From the NCBI GenBank assembly GCA_964247055.1, contig OZ176050.1, positions 4,402,001 to 4,466,000 on the forward strand: 64,000 bases of DNA, written 5' to 3'. Numbering within the stretch: position 1 is the first letter of the stretch; every line of letters starts with the position of its first letter. Under the pieces are notes generated by a model that worked only from the letters and a program-made list of their open reading frames with translations, was not told where the DNA came from and searched no databases. Origin of the DNA: Paragordius varius. Taxonomy: Eukaryota; Animalia; Nematomorpha. Positions 1-10,784 of this stretch are shown one piece after another. A program made the position numbers and the translations under genes.

Positions 1-1073
1 TCGCATCTAAATTTAATGACTATAAATACCTCATAGATGAGTCAGAACAATCTTTTATATCAGGGGTGTCTAACACAAATGGCTTCGCGTGCCGCATTCT
101 AAACTTAAAAAACTCGGCTAACATATATGGGCATTCAAATATTTTATAAGACAATCTACTGTTTATTTCTCCATATCTTTCTCTAGTCACTGGGAAAAAA
201 TTGTTGAAACCATTTTTATTACAAATATTTTTAAAAACTATTGAATTGTAATAAGTTTTAATTTTTCGCGGGTCGTAAATATTAGCTTGGAGGCCCTTTT
301 CTTGAACACCCATGCTTTATATTGTAAAAGTTTTAATGCGTTAGATCAAAATATTTGGGTAAAAGATAAAGCGCCTATTTTCGGGTCGCGCTTCAAATCA
401 ATGAAATTAAAGGACAACATAGGCATAACTTTGGCACCCGCTGCATGAATCAGTGATGGCACCCCCTCCGTGATTATATATAAAATATATATATAAATAT
501 ATATAATCAAAATAATAACTTTTAAATACCTATTTTTTAATAAAATTTCAAAATTCTGAAACCCCGCACTCCTTCAACTATGGGGTCGGGTGTATTAGCC
601 TTTATTTGCCCTCCCCTAGACACCTCTGAAGGGCTACCCACCCCCCTTTGTGGCTATAATACATTATTATACTTTAAATTTGTTAAAAATATTAAACCTA
701 AAACCATTTATAAACTCACAATTAAAAAAACAACTGTATTTACAATATAGTTTAATTTCGTCAATTTCCTTAGTTGTTTTATTAACTCAAATTAAAGACG
801 TTAATAGTATTTGTTAAAATTAAAGTTAAAATCATTTTTCAAGGTGGAGTATTAAGCTTTTTTGAAAACGATATAAGATTATTCAGAGATTAAGGAGGGT
901 TCTGAGCCCTAAAATTAACTATGGCATGCAAAGTTATTCAAAATTTTAGGACGGTGTAATAAAATACTAATGAGAGGGAAAGTGTTGTTAATTGGGAACC
1001 ACTACTAAGGTTTTTTAATGATAAGCACCATTAATTTTATAAAATACTGATTTATCAAATAATGGGACATTTA

Positions 1074-2280
1074 CACTGTGCGGCAAAAATTGGGATCAAA
1101 AAATAAAGGTATGAATCATATATCATTCGATAGTTAGTTATAAGCAATATTATCGATATATGATATATGGGGCTAGATAAAGTTATTTAAATTTTCCAGT
1201 TATTAGCCAAAATCAAAAAATCGCATTTTTTTCGCATATTAGGTCAAAGAAAATCAAATACAATAGATGAAAACGTGTCAACTAAATTTTATTTGTTTTA
1301 TTATAACATAAGGATAATTCTAAACGCAAAATACAATCAAGAGAGATTTTATATTTTTTCGCAGGATCCCAGAAAGATTTTCAAGAATATCGGCTAAAAA
1401 ATCGCGATTTGGTGTCAAATTTGAATCATAAAAACTTATTATATGCGGTTAATTTTTTTAAAACAATCAATTATTAACTCTATATATAGAGATTACCAAT
1501 ATATTACGTTCAAAAAAAAATTTATGCCCTATATAAAAAAAAAATTTTCCGATAATTTGCACCAAAGCGGAAGCTGCATAAAATACTATAAAACATCCAA
1601 TATATATTATGAATATTTTTTTATACAATAGGAAAAAAATCTCTCACCTCAGATTTTGGATTTAGTTATCCGAAAATCTAGATTATATATTTTGGGCGCC
1701 ATTTTGGCTTTTATAATGGCAACATAAAAATCCCTAATTGAAAAATCGATGATAGATTTTTTTTCTGCATCGAATTGTATGGAAAAAGTATAAATAATAT
1801 ATATAAGGTGTTTTGTAAAAATTATAACAGTATCCGCTTAAATGCAAATTGAAAAAAATTTTTGAAGGCAATATATTGGTTATGTCTGTATATAGAGTTA
1901 ATATATGATTGTTTTTAAAAAAATAAAAATCTTTTACCGCATATTAATGAGATTTATGATTCAAATTTGACACCAAAGGGCGATTTTTTAAATGACATTA
2001 TCTTTCTGGGACCGTCTGAAAAAATTTAATTTGTTGATGATATTTTGCATTTAGAATCATCCTTATGCTATATTAAAACAAATAAAATTTAGTTGACACG
2101 TTTTCATCAATTGTTAATTTTCTTTGACCTAATATGCGATAATGCGACTTCTCGATTTTGGCTAATAACTAAAAAATTTAAATAACTTTTTATCTAACCG
2201 CATATATCACGTCGATATTCATTATCCTGAAGCTTTTAGCTATCGAATGATATATGATTCATTAAAATTTATTTTTTGCA

Positions 2281-2282
<2 letters not shown>
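1074..2282. mobile_element. Fold-back/MITE-like element with ~550-bp imperfect inverted arms (~1095-1645 vs ~1748-2282)
   Basis: ATGAATCATATATCATTCGATAG (1111) vs CTATCGAATGATATATGATTCAT (2240); GGTGTCAAATTTGAATCATAAA vs TTTATGATTCAAATTTGACACC. The left end reads TA|CACTGTGCGGCAAAAA; the right end runs into (TA)n. No ORF. Confidence 0.75.

Positions 2283-2318
<36 letters not shown>
2283..2318. repeat. (TA)n microsatellite
   Basis: Direct reading. Similar tracts at ~5876-5930, 14017-14056, 37735-37776, 43763-43810, 46879-46926 and 55563-55598. Confidence 0.95.
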
Positions 2319-2319
<1 letters not shown>

Positions 2320-2440
2320 TTAGCGTAGACTTTAAATAAAATAAGTTTACTTAAAAAATATACGCAAAATGAATAGAGGGCGACTGGAAGATAACTAAAT
2401 TTGTGGGAAAATTACATAATTATTTTATATGCATATGTAG

Positions 2441-5400
2441 ATGGAAATGCGCTATATGTTCAATGATTACCATTGCAATCTGTCTAATTTTGGTAAATGA
2501 ATTTTTTTAAATAATTTTTATCAAGATTCCCTTTGCAAATCATCCAGCGCATTTAGTCTTACCGCATTTTGGCATTGGATTAGGAATCGGTAATCTAATA
2601 TATACCATTTACAGTTCAATTTCACCTTTAAACAATTCAAATTCACCCTTGAACAATCACCCTTGAACAACTCAAATTCACCCTCGAACAATTCAAATTC
2701 ACCCTCAAATAAAATATATGTTTTTTAAGATTTAAAATTACCTATATTTTATATATTTTTCAAAAATAAAAGTTTTTTTTTAAATTAAAATAATGCTGAA
2801 AAAATAATAAACTATGCGATAAACATATATTAATAATGAATTATACTAGTTCGAAAACACATAATTTATTTTTAGGGTGAATTTGAATTGTTCGAAGGTG
2901 AATTTGAATTGTTTAAGGGTGAACTTGAACTGTAAATGGTATATTATCATATCATTGGTTTTTTATTTAAGAATTTTACATAATTATTTGTAAAATAATA
3001 ATAACCGAAATTTCACACAGCTATTTCATTTGAGACAATAAGTTTTATTTAATTTCACATTTTTTAATTTTTAATTCAGACACAAATATGAATTTATAAT
3101 ATAATTTTCGGTTCTGTTTATAGGTATTGTAGATTCCGCACTTGTGCCTTATCTTAGTTACATTGTAGACATTCGCCATTCAGGTATGTATGGTGCAGTC
3201 TATTCCATTAGTCAAATGGCAGTATGTTTAGCTTATGGACTTGGTATATTCATATAACTCCTAACCCGTTAATAATAATATTAAAGTCATTTAAAATTTA
3301 TAGTTATTTATAAAAAATGGATAAATTTGTCAATCAGTTAAAAAACAATAAAGTAGTATTTTTTAATTATTTACCTCATAAATGTATAACTATTTTCTTG
3401 ACTAAATTAATTACAATTATATAAAAACATTATCGGTTTAGATTTCGTTTTATAGAAAAAGATAATTTATTTAAAGCTGATGTGCCCCCATATAATAATA
3501 ATTAAAATTAAATATACCCAAACGTTAACCAAAAATTATAGGGTACAAATTAAATAATAAAAAATGGAATGATTATTTTATTCACAAAATAATTCATAGT
3601 ATTTAAGTGGGTAAGACTAAATTTTTTAGAGGGCGTTTAGTGTATACCAAAATATTAATACGAAAAATTTAATCATTTTTTTAATTTTTCTCTAGGTCCA
3701 GCTATTGGTGGCGCCATTGTTAAAGCGATTGGTTTTAAATGGTATAATTATTATATATTTTAATTTAAAAAATCACGCAATCTTTTAAATTGTAAATATT
3801 GTTTTGAATAGAGTAATTGAAAAAGTTATTTATTTAAAATATAAAAAGGTTTATAATTATTTTGATTGGTTAAACATACATTCTGCATGTGGTAACGGAA
3901 GGGAAGGTTTTCACAAAAGATTTTTTGATAAAATATCCCGCCTTACAGCACGAGAATTTTATTTGAAATAAAATTTAATTCCACTTCTAAAAAACCGGTT
4001 CTGTAACCGTTTGTAAAAACTTTCTCGACCTAACTAGTTATGATTTCTTAGGTTCGCCTTGAAAATTGTCTTATTAAAAATTTTTCCAGTTGTTTACTTG
4101 ATAAGCTTTATCCCTAAATATAAATTTTATGGAATATTAAAAATTAATTTGCTATTATTGTAATAGTTTTTTTAGCTGTTCGCTTAACATAGTTATCAGT
4201 ATATATTTCAATAAACCATCTTTTTAAGCTCTAAATTAAACTCAAATATTCTTATCTATCTTTCTTTAGGTTGGTGTGGAACATTGCTATACTGAATATT
4301 TTGTATCTCCCAATTCTATGGCTATTGCGAAGAACTCCTCAAAGATCCGAGGATGTAATAATTTTTTGCCTTTATTAATTTACTAAAACGTTGATATAAA
4401 AATGCCCATTTTTGGGGTTCGTTTAGGTATTTTTCTCACTCAAATTGAAGCCTAATAAAATTTTATGGGATTTATTTTACCTAAAAAAAAATTTCATTTT
4501 TTATGGTAATTATTTCAGGCTCTTTATAACGGTTTCATAATATCCACATATTTGTGTTTCGGAAAGGCGTTTTTGGTTATAAACGATTATAACTTAAAAA
4601 TTAGGGCTCTATAATGAAAGTGAATGATGATTAATATTAGCTACTAAAGAATTTATAGACCCTTAATTGAGAAAGCTTAGAGGGGATAATATATGAGATC
4701 CAGTGTTTATATAAAATTTAATGTAGTGCCATCTAAACGAATGCAATCCAAAATTATATATGTAAACGAAAACAACTATTAATTTTAAATATAAAAGAAT
4801 ATAATAATAGGTATAGATGGTCAATAATATTATTTTGGATATAATTTAGCTTGGCAAAAATATTGAAAATGGTTAAACATTTGAAATATAACATTTTTAT
4901 GTTAAAATATATTAAAAGATCTATATAAATTTAGCATTAAAAATTATTATTATTATAAGTTGTGTTCTGCACGCGCCGATGTGACTGAATTAAAAAAGAT
5001 CTTGCAAAGTTAAGTAATAAATATAGTTATACGCATTAAAAATTTGTTTCTATCAAAATACCAATGGTAATGGTATAATAAACTTACCTGGTGATAATAT
5101 AATCAAGCAAACCGAAACATAAAAATGTTTTGCGGATGTTATAAACCGATTTTTATCTACTTAACATTATAAAATTGTGAAATATGTTGGTTTAACAATT
5201 TTCCAGTGGGCCCAATTATATGTAATGAATATTTTTATTTAAAAATGCACATAGTTGGTATTTCTTAGAGTTGCATATGTGTTCCGCCCCCGTTACCCCC
5301 CCCCCTCCCCTTAACAAAATTTTTAAAAAGGTGCAAATATTCAAAAATCGCGTTTTAGGCAATTATCCGAGAAACGAGTAAGATTATTTAAATTCAATAA

Positions 5401-5872
5401 CGGATATTTTTATGAATGCGTCGATCTGACAAATCTTAAAATTGCGCGAAAATATACAGTCTGAGTTCAATATCTTCATAAAGCCATAGCGACGGAGGGC
5501 AAAGCTAGTACATAATAAATATCAATAGCCATTAGTGTGACTCAAGTCCATTTTTTCGTAACGCCGTAAATTTATACATACAACAATGATATACCATTTT
5601 CATACATAATTCACCCTTAAACAATTAAAATTCGCCCTTGAACGATTCGAATTCACCCTAAAAATAAATTTTGTATTTTCGGCAGTGGCGGAACTATAAA
5701 TTGTGGGCGCCCCTCCCCACCCCCCGCAAGTTTTACCGGTTTCCCCTTCCCCCCCAAAAAAATCGTTTGTTATCTTTCACCTGGCACATCACTTACGTAT
5801 AGAAATATTATATTTTAAAATGATAATATTTACATGACTTGGCATCCTGAGCCTAACGGTTTTGCGTTCCAG

Positions 5873-5912
<40 letters not shown>

Positions 5913-8900
5913 ATATATATATATATATATGGTTAGTACCCCGCCCACCCTAACCACTGTCAATTCTTTTGTCTTAACGTTCAATTTTAAAGTTTAAGAT
6001 AATTAAATTACTTATTAAGATATTAATCATTAAATCATGTTTTAAAATTTCGTTTTCTCGATTTTGCATGAGCAAATTTTCTTTTATATCTATTTTATCT
6101 ATTTTATCCATTTGATCCGCCATCTCCGCTTCATTTGCTAGTAAGGATAAATTGCCCAATCATTTTTCAACCATCGTGCTTTAATATAATTATTAATTAT
6201 TTTTAACTTTGAGAATGAACGTTCCGCTGTAGCAACCGTAACTGGTAAAGTCAAAAATGATAATAATGCTGTTATCATCACATGGCTAAAACTGTTGGGT
6301 ACTTAGTAATTTATAGCTATACAAATTGCCTGGAATTGTTGATTTGAGCGATCTCACCCTTAAGCTTATAGAAACTGACACTATTGAATCGGAATATATT
6401 CACTCAAATCGTTTGGATTAATTATTAAATTGTTAGCTTAAAATTTCTACTTCACTCATTTTAGTTAACTTTGATGGAAGCAGAGATGAAAACATCGCTA
6501 CAAAAACTGCCGAATCTATTTTTTAACTGAAAAATACAATATCTAAAATTTTATTCACATTCACTCTTACTTATCATCTAAAATCTAAATTAGAAAATCT
6601 ATGGTCATCGACAATTCATCAATATGTCTTTTATAAATTTTATGTCTCTTATCACTAAAAACAGGTTTAATGCGCCATTTTATTGCCATTTCTATGCCAT
6701 CTTTTTTTGCGGTCATATTGTCACTTTTATATTTTAATATATTTAATTTTCGAGCTCTGTTTGCTTTTATAAGTCTATATCATTTGATTGTAATATTGTA
6801 AAGACTTTAGGTACTATATCTAATCTATATATTTATAAAAATGGAAAATGCTGGCTTTGTGATCTGGTACAGGAAAAACGGTAGACCCATTCAAATCCAG
6901 ACTTCGAAAAAATATAATCATTAATGAATGCCCCGACAATAGCTTCGCCCTTTTTTTGCCCACCCCGTGTGAAAAACGGGTTTTTTTTTGAAAACAGAAG
7001 TCTACAAAAATCGTGTCTTTGAGACAATTTTCTGGAGAACGTGTTGGACCATTCAATTTCAAATATGATTTTTGTTTACTTATTTTCGATTGCGCCGAAC
7101 ATAGTCGAGTCACTTTTTTGATTTAGGCCCTCTTTTTACCCGCTCCCCCCGTAAAATGCCATTTTTTTCAAAAAACAAAGTCCACAAAAATAATTTTTTA
7201 AATCTATTTTTCGCCCTAGGTATGAGACCGTAAAAATTCAATATGGATTCCACGTATTCCCTGTTAAAAGGCAAAAATTTTAGTCAGGCGTTTCTTTGAT
7301 GATAGCTGCTGGGTAAGGAGCTACCCGCTAAAAACTGATTCCTCATGTAACTTTGTGATCTGCTACAGGAAAACCGGTAGACCCATTCAAATCCGAACTT
7401 TGAACCCCCCTTCCCTGAAGTCCGAACTCGGGCTGCGTAGCAGCACGAGATTTACGCTAGTATATGATATAAAAATATGCAAAGAAATATAAATTCAAAT
7501 TTACTTATTTTTTTGATTAACATAGAAGCTTCCTCCTGCTTATTCTTCTTAGTGTTCGTTACTGTTATATTGGTTAAAACCTTAATAATATCAAAATAAC
7601 GATATTTTATTGATAAAAGAGACATATACCTTCCTGCCCAACGAAAGGGATTAAAAATTTTAAAACTTATTCAAATTCCTGAGTATAACTTCTAGAATGG
7701 TCCCATCTTTTTATACAGTAGCCAAAAATGTATATATTGCCTCCAGAGTTGCAAAAAAATCGGATGCTTCTCTCCAAGATTAAATCGAATCATTTATAAC
7801 TAAATTTAGATTATGAGCGGCGCAATGATCATTAACTGCCTGGGGATCCTTTCAAAAAGTAAGTTCCGTGCATAACACTGGCGCAATCATAACCTTGGCC
7901 TATACACTTATCTAATGATAAATTATAGTTTTTTACAAAAGATTTTTTTATTATACCTGGATAACTCATATGCCAGGCAATCATTACTACATATCTGTAT
8001 ATAAAAAAGGTTATAATTTTGCGCCTCCCAGCAAAATAGATAGGGGGCCCAAATTTAATATAATAATAAAAAAGGGCCCCTGTTTTGTCTTGGGCCCCCT
8101 CGCACTGCTCCGTCTAGCTCCCCATAGTTTCGCCACTGATTTTCGGGCTAATGTAAATCATATTAATATGAAATATATCTGAACAATATAAAAAAATATA
8201 AGTAATTTTTGATCTCAAAAAACATTTAATTTATTTTACGGTGAATTTGAATTGTTCGAGGGTAAATTTGAATTGTTCCAGGGTAATTTAAACTGTAATT
8301 GGTTTATTAAATAACATAATTATATAAAAATTTGGGCCATTAACGATCTAAAATCCAAAAACATTAGAATAACCATGATATATTTAAGCTCCGTAGTATT
8401 TTCTTACCTCTATATATTTACTAAATTGCCCATTAAATATGGCTATTTTATGGCATATTACATTGTAATCGGAAGTAAAAAGTGTGGATCAATAAAGGCA
8501 ATAAAAAAGTTCGTATATGAACTTTAAACGGGTATACACGTTTTTCGGAAATTGTTTTAAAGACACGCATAGCTGGGACTGAACCCAGGGACTAATTTAA
8601 AAAAAACATTTACAAATGACCGATGTATTAATCCTTAAAATACGTATGAGAACATAATGTTAATGGGAATATGTATTATACACTATTTTAAATTCAAAGC
8701 CATTAATTGCATTTTTTAACAATTATTTTATATTAAATATACTATATTTGATTGGTATCTATAAACCCGGTAATAAATGCAATAGCCGGACAACCTTAAT
8801 ACTTTGTATTTTTAAGGACTAGTTTTAATAAAGACCGAATATATTCTGTATCTCCAGTAATAAAAAATTATTCTTCACAATAGTAAACAGAATTTGTGAA

Positions 8901-9212
8901 AATTCACTGTGAATTACATAATCAAATGTTTTAATATTTTATATACTAGGTAATAATTTAACGTTTAAAATGGTGGGGGTAAGGGTAAAAATAATAATTT
9001 TTACCCTAACCAAATTCAACTAAAAAAATTAATAATTATTTTTTTATTAATAGAATCAAAATGTTTCAAATCTAAACACCCCTTTAAACTATGAGATGGA
9101 TTTAACCAAGGAACCAATAAGCCCCTACCAAACAAGAGCGGAAACTCAAGATTCTAAAAAGCACCAATTATTATCCATTAGTAGTAGAGAAAACGACAAT
9201 GATTTAATATAA
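2441..9212 (+). CDS. SLC18 vesicular amine transporter, portabella-like, 3' part only; exons 2441-2492, 2526-2589, 3124-3243, 3696-3741, 4270-4354, probable last exon 9054-9212
   Basis: Spliced translation RWKCAICSMITIAICLIL-IPFANHPAHLVLPHFGIGLGIG-IVDSALVPYLSYIVDIRHSGMYGAVYSISQMAVCLAYGLG-PAIGGAIVKAIGFKW-LVWNIAILNILYLPILWLLRRTP aligns with VMAT TM9-TM12. All junctions are GT-AG with consistent phase. The last exon is assigned only by phase and an open frame. The 5' exons were not found and probably lie upstream of the window. Confidence 0.88.
2601..2943. mobile_element. Non-autonomous TIR element (MITE family A) with 21-22-bp subterminal tandem repeats
   Basis: Ends TATACCATTTACAGTTCAA ... 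TTGAACTGTAAATGGTATA. The unit AATTCAAATTCACCC(T/C)(T/C)GAAC is repeated inside both ends. Lies in an SLC18 intron. Confidence 0.85.
5683..8138 (-). mobile_element. Internally deleted hAT transposon with a transposase pseudogene
   Basis: TIRs CAGTGGCGGAACTAT / ATAGTTTCGCCACTG; perfect 8-bp TSD ATTTTCGG (5675-5682, 8139-8146). Minus-strand relics read GQGYDCASVMHG, HCAAHNLNLVIND and LTLPVTVATAERSFSK...LGNLSLLA (hAT catalytic and dimerization motifs), with stops and frameshifts. Confidence 0.93.
6819..7460 (+). mobile_element. Non-autonomous Helitron inserted in the hAT relic
   Basis: 5' A|TC(TAATCTATAT), with the start at 6819 or 6824. The 3' end has a GCTGC-GTA-GCAGC hairpin ~12 nt before CTAG|T. 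No TSD. A ~55-bp motif is repeated at ~6855 and ~7351. Confidence 0.75.
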
Positions 9213-10784
9213 ACCAATAAAAAAAACAAATTTCCGAATTGAAATTCTATACTATGATATTTCAATCATAATAAAAATTTAAGATAATAAATTTGTATGA
9301 AATAAATAAGGATTGCTTTTAAATATATTGATTGATTGATGCTATAAATAAAATAACAATGTGGTTAAACAATATATAAGAAAAAAATTATGTTTATGTA
9401 GCCATACTAGCTAATCAGTTGTTGAAAGATACCAGTACTTCCAAAAATTTGAGATTACACAAATATTTTTACTAAAATTAACATTTGTTATGAGAAGATT
9501 ATTAAATTCACAAATTTAAATATTTATGAACCATATCCTAGTATTGTAATTTACCAGCAAAATCTATGATTAAAATATATAATAACAATACATCGAGGCA
9601 TAGAAGAAAAGCTTGAATTTTGATAAAATTAAAAACATGATAATTAATTTTATAGTGATAACAAGGTAATCCGATATACGTTTTTTAACAAATCACCACT
9701 CATCGGAGTCAACATATATAATTAATTTTAATACAACGCCACCACTTGTTATCAAATTAAAAATTAAAATCGTAAGTGGAGAGAGGGAAGGTATTGATTT
9801 AATTACATATAATAATAATCATGATAATTTAATTATGTTATCTGATAACGACATAATTAATTTATAAATGACCCTATCTGTGGACAATCATGTTACCTAC
9901 CTATATGTTTTTTACAACCAATGTTTGGAGTGGCATGCTTTAACATTGCATGTTAGTGATTTCGTCTGCAAAAAGAGATACATTATGATATTTGTCCTTA
10001 CTTTTTTATTGGTCATAAAATCGATTTGTATCTAATCTAATGCGTCGTGGACAATATATCAATTGTTATATTTTTTGGGAAAAAAGGAAATTGTAGGCTT
10101 AATTTTATATATATAAGTAAGTGGAAGTACAACGTGTATAAACCCTTGAAATAAAATTGAAATGGGTGGGTGGTTTAATGTAAAAAAAAGCTAACTATTA
10201 TTTTAAGGTACTTTGATTTCCCCCTACAAATCTATTTTTGTGTGATTTACCACAAGACGAATTTCGTAATTATATGTATATGTTTTGAAAGAATTTCATA
10301 AAAAGAGTGTGTGTGATTGTTATCGTTGCGAGATGGACGCAATAATTGTATGCTAAAAAAATTTTTTTTAATGTAAAGCGTGTATTTTATTGATACGAAT
10401 GTGAGGAAAGGCGCACACACATAAATATATTTTTTGTTCGAAATAACATGCATAATTAATTTTGTAAATTAATGTTTTTTACGCAATCCCTATTTTTATC
10501 CAAAATTTAAATATTTATTGTTGAATAAGTTAATTATCTCTGTAAATAATTGTCGCCGATATTTTTTATATCATATTGATTATCTCCAACTTCCAACAAA
10601 ATAATTAACTCTAGCCTCCTATGATAAAGGGTGTTGGGCCTTTTGTCCTATACACATTATTTTATACTTTCGACTGCATATATATTAATTATATGAGCGG
10701 TATTTTGTTTAAGGAAATTCGGGATGGATAGAAATGCACGTTAAAAAGTTCAAAATGATTATGATTAAAGTGGATTTTGAAACA

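Larger units (their letters stand above)
5590..8306. mobile_element. MITE family A copy split by a hAT insertion (halves 5590-5682 and 8139-8306)
   Basis: The left part matches the start of the 2601 copy and the right part matches its end. The two halves are separated by the hAT element with duplicated ATTTTCGG. Confidence 0.8.

Noticed and set aside
20-313. 97-aa minus-strand ORF
   Set aside because: No motif I can recognise with confidence. It may be a TE fragment, and it is antisense to the probable SLC18 intron.
2620-2705. 21-22-bp direct repeats superficially like a CRISPR array
   Set aside because: There are no unique spacers, the context is eukaryotic, and the repeats are mirrored at the other end of a MITE.
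5270-5507. Possible second Helitron 3' end (GCGACGGAGGGCAAAGCTAG|T)
   Set aside because: No clear hairpin or 5' TC boundary could be fixed, so it is not listed as a feature.
6820-7113. ORFs 6820-7113, 6833-7027 and 61304-61486 share peptide similarity
   Set aside because: The similarity comes from the repeated non-coding Helitron unit, not from a protein family.
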